A stretch of 63,091 bases of DNA, the filler included, from Octopus bimaculoides (taxonomy: Eukaryota), in the NCBI RefSeq assembly GCF_001194135.2. It is 5 parts of 5 records of this genome, joined end to end, with 100 filler letters (N's around TTAATTAATTAA, not from the genome) between each part and the next. Parts side by side here need not be neighbours in the genome. Positions count along the whole stretch, not along the records: positions 56,546 to 63,091 come from NC_069009.1; 4 more parts are not named here. One strand, written 5' to 3'. Position 1 is the stretch's first letter. Each line of letters starts with the position of its first letter. The notes below the pieces were generated by a model that was not told the origin of the DNA, ran no database searches, and saw nothing but the letters and a program-made list of their open reading frames with translations. Below, piece after piece: positions 62,507 through 63,091 of the stretch. Position numbers and translations under genes: made by a program.

Positions 62507-62558
62507 CGTTGTTTGGCAGTGGAATTTCATTCTTGTAAAACATCAAATTTCGGTGGTG
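62507..62558 (-). CDS. OGFR: OGFr-like gene, first visible coding exon (HHRNLMFYKNEIPLPNN + 1 nt), phase 0 to 1
   Basis: Acceptor ttttttttctgttcgtttttcttgacag and donor ACG|gtatgt. The peptide matches the NLxFYxNEI motif of the OGFr conserved region (human NLSFYRNEI, recalled). Orthology to OGFR versus OGFRL1 is not resolved. Confidence 0.85.
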
Positions 62559-62733
62559 CTGTCAAGAAAAACGAACAGAAAAAAAATATGGGGTTTAATT
62601 CACATCCTTTCAAATGAAAGTTTAAAATGGAGGGCTGGTGATAAACAAGCCAAGATAGCAAATAAGCGAAGGATAAGTATAACGGATTCCAAATATTGTA
62701 GAAACAAGGGTTTGGTATAGGTATGGAATGTAA

Positions 62734-62868
62734 AGGCGCGTGGCTTAGTGGTTAGGGTGTCAGCATCATGATCGTAAAATTGTGGTTTCGATTCCTGGAC
62801 CGGGCGACGCGCTGTGTTCTTGAGCAAAACACTTAATTTCACGTTGCTCCAGTCCACTCCAGCTGGCG
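62734..62868 (+). mobile_element. tRNA-derived SINE, family C
   Basis: ggcgcgtggcttagtggttagggtg...gtttcgattcc...tgttcttgagcaaaacactt. Confidence 0.8.
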
Positions 62869-63091
62869 AATGACACACTGTCAGTGGCTGATTAGTATGT
62901 GATACACACAAATCCGGGTTTCTGGGTAGTAACTCCTCATCAGCTAGAGATGAGAACTCAAAATACTATATGCTTTTTCCATTGACAAACTGTCGCTGAT
63001 CTCGAAAAAGGAGAAACAATCAATATTAAATCTCTGAGCGAGAAGGAAACAGTAGCAGCACAGAATCATGAAGTACATTTGCTAAATACTA

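Noticed and set aside
62905-62950. CTGATGAGG...GAAACCCGG hammerhead-like string
   Set aside because: No stem I pairing and no proper NUH site.

Overview
AT-rich, microsatellite-saturated eukaryotic DNA with many N gaps. The SINE/LINE content is typical of an octopus (coleoid cephalopod) draft assembly; this is inference, not a database match. The window is not one locus. Four identical 100-nt spacers (N44-TTAATTAATTAA-N44) split it into five unrelated segments: 1-11807, 11908-24927, 25028-47403, 47504-56445 and 56546-63091. Almost all ORFs in the supplied track are microsatellite or gap artefacts. One spliced host gene is well supported although the ORF track misses it: four minus-strand GT-AG exons (62507-62558, 60554-60632, 58646-58712, 56832-56974) join in frame into an opioid growth factor receptor (OGFr_N) domain whose HxYIQWLFP motif is changed to PLYFYWLFP. 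The rest is mostly decayed mobile DNA: R4/Dong and HERO-like RLE retrotransposon pieces, CR1-like pieces, mariner and pogo/Tigger relics and MITEs, several tRNA-derived SINE families, and Penelope-type repeats carrying minimal hammerhead-ribozyme-like folds. Weaker leads are a signal-peptide small ORF, a CRE/YY1 promoter-like cluster, an orphan tRNA-like gene and some unassigned micro-exons. Repeat boundaries were read by eye and are approximate.
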